DNA from: Octopus bimaculoides
Taxonomy: Eukaryota
Assembly (NCBI RefSeq): GCF_001194135.2
Contig: NC_068989.1
Location: 36,467,117 to 36,526,440 of the forward strand
Length of the DNA stretch: 59,324 nucleotides
Reading direction: 5' to 3'
In this document: one piece after another, positions 46,444-59,324 of the stretch
Layout: each line of letters begins with the position of its first letter
Position numbering within the stretch: position 1 is the stretch's first letter
The notes under the pieces: model-generated
Told to the model about the DNA's origin: nothing
Seen by the model: only the letters and a program-made list of their open reading frames with translations
The model's database searches: none
Program-made: the position numbers and the translations under genes

Positions 46444-47637
46444 CATCATCATTGTCTATGTGGATTTAGGATTTTTATCTTAGTCATATTCCAGCACCTA
46501 AAGAGCCCAATCAAAAGTATGCAAGGTAAATATGAAAATATTCTCAAACCCAACAGATTAACATTTCAGAAGATAATTCTAGATAAAAACAGTTAATTGG
46601 TAATTTTGGAATGCTTTCATTTAGTAAAGTAAAATATATATATCAAAGAACTCACTCCCAACTTAGCTGAGCATTTGACAACTCTAAAACAGGAATTACG
46701 GTTTTGTTTTCCATCACTGATCATGACTGAATTTGAAATGATTTTGTGGATATTCAAGCTTCATGGCTAGATTGTTCCAAAGGTCTTCCAGCGTGCAGGG
46801 CAACCAGTCATAACGTCAACAAGGTTTATCAACATCAATGCTGCTTTGTTCAAGTTGTGACAGCATGGAATATAAACATACCTGCACATCCATATATACA
46901 ATACAAAAACATACATGTACACACACATACGACAGGCTTTCTGCAATTTCAGTGTACCAGATTCCTTTATATGGCTTTGGTGAACCCAGAGCACAGTAAG
47001 ACAAAACCTGAAACCACATAGTTGTGAACTTAACCACACAGCTATGCCTGTGACTATCCTTACTTTACTATATGTTCTTCACTAAGTTAATCATATATTC
47101 AACAAGCACCATAAAAAATATCTTTGGCTCCTTGGGTAAGTGTCTTCTACTATAGTCTCAAGCCAACTAAAGCCTTAGGAGGAGAATTGTAAACAGAAAC
47201 TTAAAGAAGCCTATTGTGTGCGTGTGTGTGTGTAGTTTAGTTTTAAACTCCAAATCTTTCACTAAGTGTAACTGTGTGCATCTGTACAAAATTGACAAAA
47301 AAATAAGGTGCAGTTATTTGGGCAACACTGAACAAAAATGCTTGTTTCAAACTCAAGCCCTTATTCACATATCATTAGATTCTATCCTTGCTCTTGGAAG
47401 GTTCAGACAACTATCAGATTACAGTTACATACGCAAGCAAGCATGAACATATGTTAATGCATATACACACACACATTTGTGTCTACATGTGGTATGTAGA
47501 CATACAGGTGTTTGTGTATGCATTTACTTGTGTACATATGAATACACATAAATGCATATGTAAACGTGCATACACACACATCTCTCCATGTGTGTGTATA
47601 AACACACATGAGTGAGTACATAAACATCTAAGATATA

Positions 47638-48020
47638 TCTTATATATTAAAAAGCAAGTTGCCTGTTTGTGTGTGAATCACTTCTACTCCTACAATTTTC
47701 AACCGAATTTCACCAAATTTGACGTGTGCTTTCTTTGACTTACGACGCTTTTTCTTATGATTTTTTCCCTCGAAATTCTGTGCCCCCAACATAAATAGAC
47801 TACTCTCAATTTGCCTAAGATTTGGCTTGAGCCAGCAAAAAAACCGTGACACACGCCCAGCTGGATAAAAATCAATACTTTACTTTGTCAGCTGTGGTGA
47901 GCTCTTACCGACTGCTTGCACAGTACTGCCAGCAGTATTCATTTGCAAGTTATGATTTGCCTCCATTTTCACGCAAGCGCTCTTTTTCATATAATTATTC
48001 CAACTTAAACTAGCCACTTC
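47638..48020 (+). mobile_element. Possible Helitron 5' fragment
   Basis: A|TCTTATATATTAAAAAG start, then ctgtttgtgtgtg...caaccgaatttcaccaaattt; no clear 3' hairpin/CTRR end. Confidence 0.35.
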
Positions 48021-48079
48021 AAAACTCTTGCCCAAAATTAAAGATCCTTAATTCGGTCAGTTTGATTAACACTGGCCAC

Positions 48080-49217
48080 ATGGAGAGAGTGAAGGGTAAA
48101 TTGTCACCATTTTTTATTTTTAATTTCATGCATGCGCATTGTTTGTTTTGGTTTTGTTGACTACACAGTATAGGAGGTTCAGTTGAAGACTGTCTGTGAG
48201 AAAAACAGCACCATGACAATTCCTTCTGTCAGAAATTTGGAAACGGCATGCTGTACTGCTTGGTATTCACACCAGAAGCTCCAATATGAACAACTTCAGT
48301 GTGTTTGGGTGTCAATCTGAGGACAATGCAGAGGATTCAGAAAGAGTTGGATGAGACTAATAGTGATTACGAAGGTACAGCAGCTCTGAAAAACACACTG
48401 ATGGTTCTGATAAGAAAAGAACTCCTGAATTTGTTGGCAAGATCCAGGATATGAAGGACAATGATCCCTCCAAGTCAATTAGGTCCATCACCAGGAACAT
48501 GGGGGTGTCCGAGTTTCTTATCAGACAGGTAGTGCATGAAGATATTTGGTATTCCTCATACAAGATGAGAAAAGGCCAATTTTTATCTCAAGCCATCAAG
48601 GACAAGAGGAAAGAGTGCACTACAAAGCTTTTAAACAAACTGAAGCATCTCCTCCAAGCAAACATGCTTTGGTTTTTCTCAGATGAGAAAAATTTCTGCC
48701 AGGCTCAGATGATGAACACACAGAACAATCGTTAGCTTGCTGTGTCTCCAAAATGTGTACTGAGAGTGATAAAAATCAAACATCCAGTCAACATCATGGT
48801 GTTTGGATTGATCACTAGTGATAGTGATGTTATGCCTCCATTCATCTTCCAACACAGCCTCAGACTCAACACAGAAGCCTACATTAAGTGCCTGGAGGAA
48901 ATAGTGCTGTTGTGGGTTAAGAGGATGGCTGCTGGAAGATCCCATGTTTGGCAACAAAACTATGCACCATGTCACACAAGCAGGAGAACCTAGTCATTAG
49001 ACAATTTCTGTGATCACATTACCCCTAACATCTGGCCACCTAACTTGGCCTCAAGGATTATAACAGCATTCACCAACTTCAACAAGGAGAGCATCCAGAA
49101 GAGTTGCAGGAGATTCCGAAGCCGTCTGAAGGCAGTGGTTGAAGCCAATGGCAATTTTATTGCAGTGTTATTTTCATTTTTGAGTAAGTTTAGACAATTT
49201 ATTCACTGCCCCATGTA
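48080..49217 (+). mobile_element. Decayed maT-type Tc1/mariner element (second subfamily)
   Basis: Fragments NDPSKSIRSITRNMGVSEFLIRQVVHEDI, WFFSDEKNF, MVFGLITSDSDVMPPFIF, WQQNYAPCHTSRRT and HITPNIWPPN, then a deletion to ASRIITAF. Right TIR-like taaattgtc/ttcactgccccatgTA. Confidence 0.85.
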
Positions 49218-49224
49218 TGTGCAC

Positions 49225-49225
<1 letters not shown>

Positions 49226-49323
<98 letters not shown>

Positions 49324-49327
49324 TGAA

Positions 49328-49370
<43 letters not shown>

Positions 49371-49382
49371 AAGAGAGAGAGT
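49226..49382. repeat. (GT)n-(GA)n compound microsatellite
   Basis: Seen directly. Confidence 0.95.
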
Positions 49383-49899
49383 GACCTGTATCATATTTAG
49401 TAGCTCTTTCAGAAACTACTGTCTTCCACAGATAGCTGATATTTTTCATTCATCAATGTACCAAATGTAGAGGAGGATATTTTTTTTTTTAATACCAACA
49501 GCATAAACTTCTAGAGGTAATTATTAGGAGCAAAAATAGGTACCATAAACCTTATGAAATAGAACTGCAAATTGCATATTGTGAAATTTTCATTCACCAA
49601 TCAGCTTGCATTTGTCCAAAGCTAAAGCATTTGAAGAAGAAAGTGATAAATTATACACAACAGCTCTCTCTACCTATCTCTCCTTCCTGCACACAGTATA
49701 ATTATCAACAAGCATATTGCAAGCTAATGTATGTTAGACAAATTTACACAGTAGTTTGTGTTTTTTTTAGTTCACCAGTAAAAAAAATAAGCAAAAACCT
49801 CTTGGATCAGACAAGTATATTTCTCTTTCTCTTTAGTTTTGTTTGACCTACTTCCATGTAAACCAGCACTTTAAATTCACATTATCCATCCTATTTTAC

Positions 49900-50200
49900 T
49901 TGTTGAAACCAATACAGTACTGTCTGTTGCATGACTAATATATAGACATCTATAGTTCAGTCTCCAGCTCCACAGTGCTGCACACTCGGCAATGTCTACA
50001 TTTCTTTGTAAGTCTTCTTGTCTATATTGTTGCCACACAGCAACACACAACAGTTGATGTAAATAGTGGAATCATTTCCCAACAAAATATTCATACAAGT
50101 CAGCCATGCAGATATTTATATTACCTGCACATACATTATCTTTTCAACATCCTTGTTTACAGCCTGACCTATTTTCTATTGCTCTTCACTGACCAACAGT
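49900..50200 (-). mobile_element. Decayed RTE-like RT relic
   Basis: YKYL and a frameshifted ALYGAETWT-like segment (gcactgtggagctggagactgaact). Confidence 0.3.
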
Positions 50201-51259
50201 AAAGCTTTTGTTAATAAAATATCTGGAGTAGCATCAAGATATAAAATATTTCAGTTACTCTTACACTTCATACATTTCATAAAACCTCTCAGACATTTTT
50301 GTACAAACTAAAAGAAACTAACAGTAGAGTTCTCTCAAGACATATTTTGGTACAAGTGGCTATTCAACATTCAGGCTTTTAGCCCTAAGTGAATCATGAT
50401 CCACCAAACCTATGATCATAAATATTCCAGTTATAACAATTCCATCTTTATTTAAATAGTGTATCTTGGACTACACTATTCAAGGTGTCCTTCCTTTTTA
50501 AACAGCACAATGAGATTTTGCCACTCTTTCTTGCTGGCCAAGCAATAGCATAGGTTACTTTGTTGGCTTCAAAATTTAGTTTCAGATGGTACTGGCAGCA
50601 GGGTTGTGGAATCACTTGTGGAAGCAAGTGCCAAGTTAGAGGAATCAGCAAGAGTCTACAGATTTTGATACTAATTAAAATGCAATAAAATTTCTCATCT
50701 CCCCAGATATCAATAAGGCTTTTCTACAGTTAAATAAGCAAATCAGATTTAAGAGTTTCTGTAAAAGGAGGACTTGGTAGAAGTAATTCTGTTTTTAAAA
50801 ATAAAATGTTGGTAAATTTTGGATTTGTATTTTTGATTTAACCCCTAAACCATAAATGTCTTTAGCTGTTTCGTCACTAAGTTCCAGTGGAAGTATGTTA
50901 CCTTTATCTCAATACCTAGTAAAATAACTTATTATTAAACTGGTTTGGAATATAATTAGCATGATATTTTGATGGAAGGTTTAAACTTAGATCACTTTAA
51001 AATAGGAAATTTGCATCACAGATCCAGGGCAGTCTTGGACATGGTTGTAATTAAAAGGATTAATAAATTTTGTAGAGAAATTTTTCAATCTTCTATAGTA
51101 TGGTGTTTATTTCTTTTAATGTAATATTTCATGTTACATAAATTTTATATCTGAATAAAAGAAAAGTTATCTAATTGAGTTTATCCTTCCAGATTGGTTG
51201 AAGAGCAAAGTTGCTTTAGGCATTCAATCCTTTAGTTTTAATTTTGACTTGCTGGTAAA

Positions 51260-51730
51260 GCCCCTGGGCAAGACATAACTGCATACAGTGGCAAGGCTCC
51301 AGTTAAGAATTTCAGAAGGTTGGTGGATATGAAGTTACTTACCCCTTGTCACTACTACTCCTAGGCATGTTCTGGCTCAGGTGGTAGTGCTTGTCAAGGG
51401 ACCCAGTTTTGAGTAGCATAGCAGTAGACAGTCCTGTAGCTAAGGCACATAGACCCAGAAGAGGACTAGCTCTTAGACATGTCACACAGGCCCAACAGTA
51501 TGGCAACATACCTGATGTGTGAACCCGTCTTCATGTCTAAGGGTTTCATAGGTCCTGTGCCTCATGAGTAAATTAAGGAGAGCAGGAGACTAGCAGAGTA
51601 AACTATAAATAAACTGGTAGAAAGTAATGGAAAACCACTGCATTATTTTCCTAAAGAATTTTTTTTTTTTAATTAAATAAAAGAAAGAAATAATTCTTCA
51701 GACTAACATAGAGGTCCATGACTGCAAATG
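51260..51730 (+). mobile_element. Degraded RTE-related SINE-like element
   Basis: ccctgggcaagaca CORE-like motif and gaaagtaatggaaaaccactgcattattttcc, resembling the RTE-derived ggcaaaccactccagtatt motif. Confidence 0.3.
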
Positions 51731-52559
51731 GAGAGAGAGTCAAGTAGCTTTTTTTTTTTTTTGGTAAAGTTTGTCTCATACTTAATTGCAGCTTCTTTAA
51801 TACCTAATATTAAAACAAAAAGCCATAACTGCAAAACTATATATAGCCTTTAAACTGAAGCTTTAACAGGTCAAGGTAATAAAATGTAACCAGGTGATTC
51901 ACATATTCCATGTATATGGCTTACTTTCTTTCCAATTAATATAAGAATACCATAAATTGAACAGTTGGAAGTTCTATATACTGATTCCACAGCCCTGACT
52001 GGCAATACTGTAAATACAACTACTCACTACAACTCATTATGATTAAAATTAACTAACAAACTGAACTAAACACAGAAACAGAATTGAATAAAATCTAATC
52101 CAAAACAGCAAAAGAATTTTTGTTAATATATTTTCAATATATTCTTTAAATTTCTTCCAATTATTATTTTTGAAATCTCAGATCCACTCTAGCATAAACA
52201 GTTCTTTAATTCATTGATTACTTCAAAGAAAACTTTAGAGATGTTGTTTAAGCTTCAAAAATAGGTCATTAAAACTCTATTTTGTACTTAGCTTAATTGA
52301 AATACTGGTTCAATACTAATGTTCCTGGCGATTCCCCTCTAGCAATTTTCTTATACATTGATCTAAATTATTCTTGCTTTTATACATCTGCTGAAGTGAA
52401 CCATTGAATCAAAGCACCAGCCTATTCCAGAATAGGTTGGTGCCTATTCTAATGTTTTAAAGATTATTGAAAAGAGGAAAAAAATCTGAGAATGAACAAC
52501 AGAATTCCAAGTACTTCAATACATTATTGTTTTAATAATTACACACACACACACACATC

Positions 52560-52945
52560 TTTTATTTCTTCTTTCAGTCAATTAACTGCAATCATATTGG
52601 AGCACTGCCTTGAAGAATTTAGTCAAACAAATTGACTAATACTTATTTGTAAGCCTGGTATTTATTGGTCTCTTTTTACTGAACTGCTATGTTATGAGGG
52701 TGTAAACAAACCAGTACCAGTTACGAAGCAGTGGGGGAACAAACACACACACACACACATATATATATATATTTATATATATACACATGATAGGCTTTCA
52801 AGATTCCATCTACAAAATTTACTCAAGGATTTGGTCAGACTGGGGCTATAGTGAAAGATACTTGCCCAAAGTGCAACACACTGGGACTAAACTCATGACA
52901 ATACAATTGGGAAACACACTTCTTACCACACAGCCATGCCTGTAA
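52560..52945 (-). mobile_element. Near full-length SINE type B2
   Basis: Head ...cttaccacacagccatgcc and tail tttatttcttctttcagtcaattaactgc. Confidence 0.7.
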
Positions 52946-53914
52946 TATATGTAAATATATTACATTTGGCCAGAATAAACAATTTTAGAAGTTCATACAG
53001 AGCCACTTCCTTGCTCACCAAAGCCAGACAAATGCACTACTGAGACATGTAGTGCAAGTGAAGCTGAAAGTAATGTGAGGCTTCCAATATGTTCTCTAAT
53101 TTCTTGAAACTAAATAACGCCATAGAAACCTATTTCACCAAATTAAAAATACAGAACAATTAATTATAATTTCTATAGAGATAAAACATTCCGAACTTGA
53201 AAGATAGGCCAAGCAAACAATCAATGGATAGGAGAGGTAATTTCATTTTTTTTAATGACTGATTATTAACAGTAAAAAACAAAAACAAAAAACCTATCCT
53301 ATACCAATCTAAATTAGAGCAATAATGGGATCTAGGCAAAAATAAAATAAAATCTACAATACAATATTGTGTACTAAATGGAGAGCAAAAGATATGGGTG
53401 ACAAGATAGTGTAGGCGAGGAAGAGAAGGAATGAAAGATAATACCAAATTAAGTCATGAAAAGGCTCCTAGGTCACAACATGAATTTCTGATATAATGGA
53501 AGTTAATAAAACTGAGCAACAACAAAGCCTTTAAAAATCAAATTATATGCCAGAAGTATACAGCAAGAGTGACATAGTTTGTTAGGTTGCATACTTTTTT
53601 TTATATAAAGTTTTTATCTGTGGATAATCTTGCCTGACCCAGCTTGGTTCTTAGGTAAGACATATCAGAAAATTGTCTAACATGGCCGCATTGTTAAAAA
53701 CTATCAGTATAGACAAAAAGATATGTTAAAAAAATCAAAGGCTATCTGCAAGTAAAAATATTTCCAGAGAAATTTATGATTAAGAAACCATTACTTCAGT
53801 AAATACTGTCAGAAGAAAAAAAAACTCTTTTTGGACACATAACATACATTTATGGAACCTTTCCTATTACATGAATGAGTTCAGTTTAAAGAAAAAATAA
53901 GATATCATCACTAT

Positions 53915-55565
53915 TCTTTTAACATTCACTTTCATATGCTTACATGGGTAAGACAGTTTAAGAGATTTTCTACAGTTGGATGCCCATCTTGTTGCCAAGC
54001 CTTACCCATTTCCAAGTAAGGAAGTATTTCCTGATGGACTGACAAGTTTGGCAGAATATTGGAAATGAACAATGACACCCATTTATATTTATCACACAAT
54101 ATCAAGACAAAGTGACACAAACACACAACAGGCTTCTTTCAGTTTCTGTCTACCAAATCCATTCACAAGGCTCTGGTCAGTTCAGAGTTATAGTAGAAGA
54201 CAATCGCCCAAGATTCTGTGCAGTGGGACTGAACTCAAAACCATTTGATTGGGAAGCAAACTTTTTAACCACACAACTACCTTCACCTCACCTAGCTACA
54301 TTTTACTAATTTCATATAGACTGATCAATATTTTGTAATGTTTTAAAATAACTATAAACCATAAATAGATTGAGATGAAATAATGTTTCATGAATAAATC
54401 GATCCATATTACATGAATTCAGCATTATTAATGTATCATATTTTACAAACCATCCCACATACCCTTCTCCACATAAAAAATTTTCTTAGCAATGTCCTTA
54501 TCTTTGACTGCTCTCCCTTAACACTTGTTACTAAATTTTTGTCGAAATATATTACTCTGGTTTCAATTTTGAAAAAGAAAAATATAGAACAACTGTCGTT
54601 ATTAAGCTAGTGTTTGGAAGCATAACATGAAAATCTACTGGAAGGTTTTAATTTATATCACTTTAAAAGGAGGAGTGTGTAACATAGAACCAGGGACAGT
54701 TTCACACAAATTGGTGTCAAAAGGGTTAATATTTGTATAGATGTCCTGAAGAAATAAAGGAGCACATTTTCATTTTGTTTTTGTCTAAGACTTACAAGTG
54801 GTTTTAATATTCCTCTAACTACAGTATATGCAATTATTCTTTAAATATTTCTTTTGGGGTGGGGAAAACCCCTCACATTTTTATATTACCAACTCTAAAA
54901 CAACAAGATTATAACAACAAAAAACTTGCTACTTGTTTTGTGTTTAATACTGAAAAAAATAATCAAAAGCCAAAGAACAGGATAAGATTTAACACAAAAA
55001 CAATGTTAAATTTGTAGGTCAATTTTAAAACACTTAAAGAGCAGCCACTCCTTATGACAGATATACGAGGACAAACAAAAGTTGTAAAATTATTGATTCT
55101 TTTTAGTCACCATACTATTTGTAAATACATTCAAACTTAAAAAAAAAAATTAAAGCAATAGAAAAAACATTTTCAATTTGTCATAACCATTGTTTAACAT
55201 CCACTTTTCCATGCTTGCAAGGGTCAGATTGAATTTATTGAGGCAAATTTTCTATGGGCAGATGCTCTTCCTGTTGCAAACCCTCAAGTGTGTTCAAAAA
55301 AAGGTAATGTTTCTCATGACCAGTCATGTTTTTCCTGGAAGACTGGAAACAAACATCACTTTTATGATGGTGATGCTCATTTACAATCATCACATAATGT
55401 CAAGACAATGGTTTATACATTCCCCCCCCCCACACACACACACAGGGTTGTTGTTTTTCAATTTCTATCTATCAAATGCCATCCTAAGGCTTTAGTTGAC
55501 CTAGGGTGGCACAGAACCTGCAAACATATGAGTGGGAAATGTCTTAACCACACAGCCATACCAGC
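53915..55565 (-). mobile_element. Two B1 SINEs (~53915-54285 and ~55185-55565) with a MITE B copy between them
   Basis: tttaacatccacttttccatgc tails and cttaaccacacagccat heads. Confidence 0.7.
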
Positions 55566-57323
55566 ACCTATCTGTATTTTTTTTTTTATCATTTAAATCT
55601 ATCAAGATCATCAATACTAAATGGATAAGTATCTTGTAATGTTCTTTACTTTTAATATGAAAATCCTAACATTCCAGAAACAGAACACATCAAGAGATTC
55701 AAAAACAAAAGCAACCTGTGCATTAAATAATTAACCCTTTTGTTTATATATTTCTTTTGAAATGCACTGCTTTGTTTTAGTTAATCAGGAAAATAATGAA
55801 GAACTAATAGTAAAATAACGCATTGTTAATCAGGTGTTTGGAGTTTTTAGTGGAGATTTCAATTTTGGGACCAGAGTAATCTCAGTGTGTAGGTATCAAA
55901 AGAATATGAATATTCCAATTAAGAGCTCAATGGTAAACAAACAAAACCCTGGTTGAATCGATAAGGAAGTTTCAAAAATAAAAGATTGACTGGTTGGAAA
56001 ACTAAATATTTCTATCTTATTTTGAAAGATGATTCATACGACAATAGAATCTGTCATTACCATACAACCATACAATGAGTAAAAATACTACTTTCAAAAG
56101 GAACATTTTAAAAGCTTGTTTCAAGACAAACCTACATTATTTTATAAGAATACAAGACTGGAAGTTAATAATTCATTTAATTTTGCAGCAAAATAACCAT
56201 CTGGCAAAGTGATAATTAACACTATTTACAAGTTGTAAGCAAATCTAGTTTACCTAAATTTTTGTTTAAGGTATTATATTGTTTAAAGAAAAATTCAAAT
56301 TTGTTTGAACAAATATTAGGTAACACATATAAGGTAGTTCTTGAACAAACATCAAACTAATATGGCATTTAAGTAGTTTACTTTCAGTGACACTAATTAT
56401 ACAGTCCTTGAATGAAGAAAAAGCATAAAAGGCCAAAACTGGAATAAACTGAACTAAATAACATGCCCAAATAGCAAAGGTTTGTGGTGCTGCTCATTAA
56501 TTTCACTTTTTATACAGAAACAATATAATTTTCAACTCAATATCATTTCAAGTGGCTCATTAAAATCAGAATTACAAATAAACACTCAATTATTTTTTTA
56601 TAGCCAATAGCTTCTTATTTTTCTGTTCAGAGTTTTTTTTACAAGTTCTATGAAAATAAAAATACAATTACATTCTACAGAAATTCGCAAGACAGTCTAC
56701 AATATTGAAACAAACTGTACCAGTAATTTAGTTTAGCTAGTAGCCAAAAATGTGTTAGAATAAGTTGGATTTTCTTATACCCTTCATAAAAGGAGGTTTA
56801 TAAGCAGCATCAAAATGGATATTTAATAAGGGTACAGAGTCAATGTTGAAATCCCAACACAGAACTGAAGCTAGCCAGATTGATCCTACTTATGTCTCCA
56901 TGAAAATAATGTATATAATAAGGACAGAGGTTATTCTGTCGATTACATAATATTGGCTAAAATTTACCAGAACCTGAATGCCATGATACAACTCAAACAG
57001 TGGCCCAATAGCAATCACTAGACAGAACATACTCAATTTCTGTGCAAGGCCTTTAACATCTCTTATGCTAACCATATATCAAACAAGTCACTGAGCTTTT
57101 TATCTATAACCCTGTGGGGACGTACAAACCTGATGATTATGTCTGCATGACATATGTACATTAACTTATATGAGGCTCAGGGGTATGCACTGACTCAGAG
57201 TTAGCATGCGCAATGTCACCTTGCACAGCCTGGAGGGTGTCAATGGCCACAAGTGATATGACAGATTGAGAAAATCTCTACACACATTCTGTAGTGCAGT
57301 ATAACATTGAAGTAAAACTATAA

Positions 57324-57392
<69 letters not shown>

Positions 57393-57423
57393 CATTTCAG
57401 TCATTTTTCATTATAGAAGTAGA

Positions 57424-57642
57424 AGACACCATTTCGAGCGTGGCCGTTTTCGTGCGGGTGACACGTAAAAGCACCCACTACACTCTGAGTGGTTGGCGTT
57501 AGGAAGGGCATCCAGCTGTAGAAACTCTGCCAAATTAGATTGGAGCCTGGTGTTGCCATCCGGTTTCACCAGTCCTCAGTCAAATCGTCCAACCCATGCT
57601 AGCATGGAAGGCGGACGTTAAACGATGATGATGATGATGATG
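57424..57642 (+). mobile_element. Young type D copy
   Basis: Ends catggaaggcggacgttaaacgatgatgatg; preceded by (GT)n at 57331-57389. Confidence 0.9.
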
Positions 57643-58300
57643 AACAGTTTTGTAAATTCACACATATAGTGAAGAGGACTATATTGTAGTTTGTATTCTG
57701 TTATTGGTGGCTAAAACATTTAGAGTGAGAGAGAGAGAAAGAGAGAGAAACAATTCTAAATAACCACTATTAAATAGTACAATGCACTGCTATTAGTAGC
57801 AGCCACAAAGTAAGAAACAAATCAATGTTGTTGCATTAGGTCAAACTACTAAGTTTGACTGTCACTAAGAAAATGTACCCTCCCTCAGACAGTTTAGAAA
57901 CAGCTGACAAACTATTATCATAGAAAGGTTGTGGCAAGACTGCACACCACAAGAAGGCAAAGGAAAATAAGGGAGAGCTGAACATAAGCACAGTTCATTT
58001 ATTCTTTTGTTGATTTCAGTTACTGGACTGCAGCCATGCTAGGACACACTGACGTCAAGGAATTCTTTCGTCGTTTTTAAGGACCCCAGTATTTTGCTGG
58101 GTATGTATTTTAGCAATCTTTATCAAATGGCTAATTTCAGTACCATGTATTCACAAACTGAACTTCTAAACTACATGACTTTGCCTCTGTCCAAGTAATA
58201 TTCAAATGAATTTGCTGAGATCCTATTTTAGATATTAGAAATTGTCAAAAGTACAGCTGAATTTGTTAAAATACATTAAACTCATTCATACTGGGTTAAG

Positions 58301-58337
<37 letters not shown>

Positions 58338-58889
58338 GCGCAGCTTTTTCTAAATTTCATTATCATCAAAATTATATGAAATATAATATAATATAATATA
58401 AATATAATATAAATATAAAAAAGAAATTAATAAACAGTTGCACAAACTACCCTTCAGATTTTAATTTGAACAGAAGAGAATTTAATATATCTTCAAAAAA
58501 AAATCCACTTCAATAATTTGCATTCAACACTGATGAAAATCAGGAAGACATAGGAAATTGAGAAAAATAATATTTGTATGAGAGAAACAAAAATCGTAAA
58601 ACAATGAGAACCTTTGCAGAAGTGCAAAGGATGGACAACTAAGATTACGTCCTGATAAATGTTAGCCTGTCACAAAATTGCTTCAGCTGCTAGGAATGAC
58701 TCATGGACAAAAATGGAAGCACACTACATTAGATAGCAACATAAACCAAAATAACTGTAATATAAAGCTCTAGTCACAGAGATAACTAGCATTTCAGGGA
58801 AGGCCAGTTAATGAGTGCATGTTACACCTACAGACAGACAAAAATATTGTACACATACACATTAAACAAATATAAACACATTACAGAAG

Positions 58890-59324
58890 CATATGTGCAC
58901 GTGTGTGTACACACACACTCACAGAAACACACTCACAGATAAACACACACAGAGAAATACAAACACACACTCAGAGAAACACATACACACTCAGAGAAAC
59001 ACATACACACTTGAAGAAACACACACACACACACAGAGAAACACACATTCAGAGAAACACACACACACACTCACAGAGAACCGCACACACACTCACAGAG
59101 AACCGCACACACACTCACAGAGAACCGCACACACACTCACAGAGAAACGCACACACACTCACAGTGTGCTTAAATATGTTTGTGTAAGTGTTTGTGTTAT
59201 TGTGTAAGTGTGTGTGTGTGTTATTGTGTAAGTGTGTGTGTGTGTTATTGTGTAAGTGTGTGTGTGTGTTAGTGTGTAAGTGTGTGTGTGTTAGTGTGTG
59301 TGTGTGTGTTAGTGTGTGTTAGTG
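58890..59324. repeat. CA-rich 22-bp minisatellite followed by a GT-rich 24-bp minisatellite
   Basis: cacacacactcacagagaaccg units, then ttattgtgtaagtgtgtgtgtgtg units. Confidence 0.9.

Overview
AT-rich, repeat-dense eukaryotic DNA with 7 N-gaps. It is very probably Octopus (coleoid cephalopod), judged from SINE families I recognise from memory; this is not database-verified. The one well-supported gene is the F-actin capping protein beta subunit (CAPZB/cpb) on the minus strand. Seven coding exons with GT-AG borders lie at 32164-32075, 28448-28327, 25656-25543, 19841-19700, 17916-17800, 14385-14320 and 11303-11136 (stop TGA). They encode residues 2-273; the ATG-only first exon was not found and probably lies beyond the right edge. 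The rest is mostly transposon debris: at least four tRNA/CORE/RTE-tail SINE types, RTE and L1/Tx1 LINE relics, two decayed DD37D (maT) Tc1/mariner transposases, TTAA-CCC MITEs, a Tigger-like MITE, a possible Helitron end, and micro/minisatellites. There is no CRISPR array, rRNA or true tRNA gene. I found no convincing new biological system. The best leads are: a 518-bp foldback with an 8-nt loop and strongly asymmetric arm decay; two SINE insertions whose target sites are complementary to the SINE's own 3' tail; four CAPZB codons that single A-to-I edits would restore to the ortholog residue; absence of the vertebrate beta1/beta2 intron; and a possible small spliced gene just downstream of CAPZB. 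Repeat boundaries are approximate and all alignments were done by eye.
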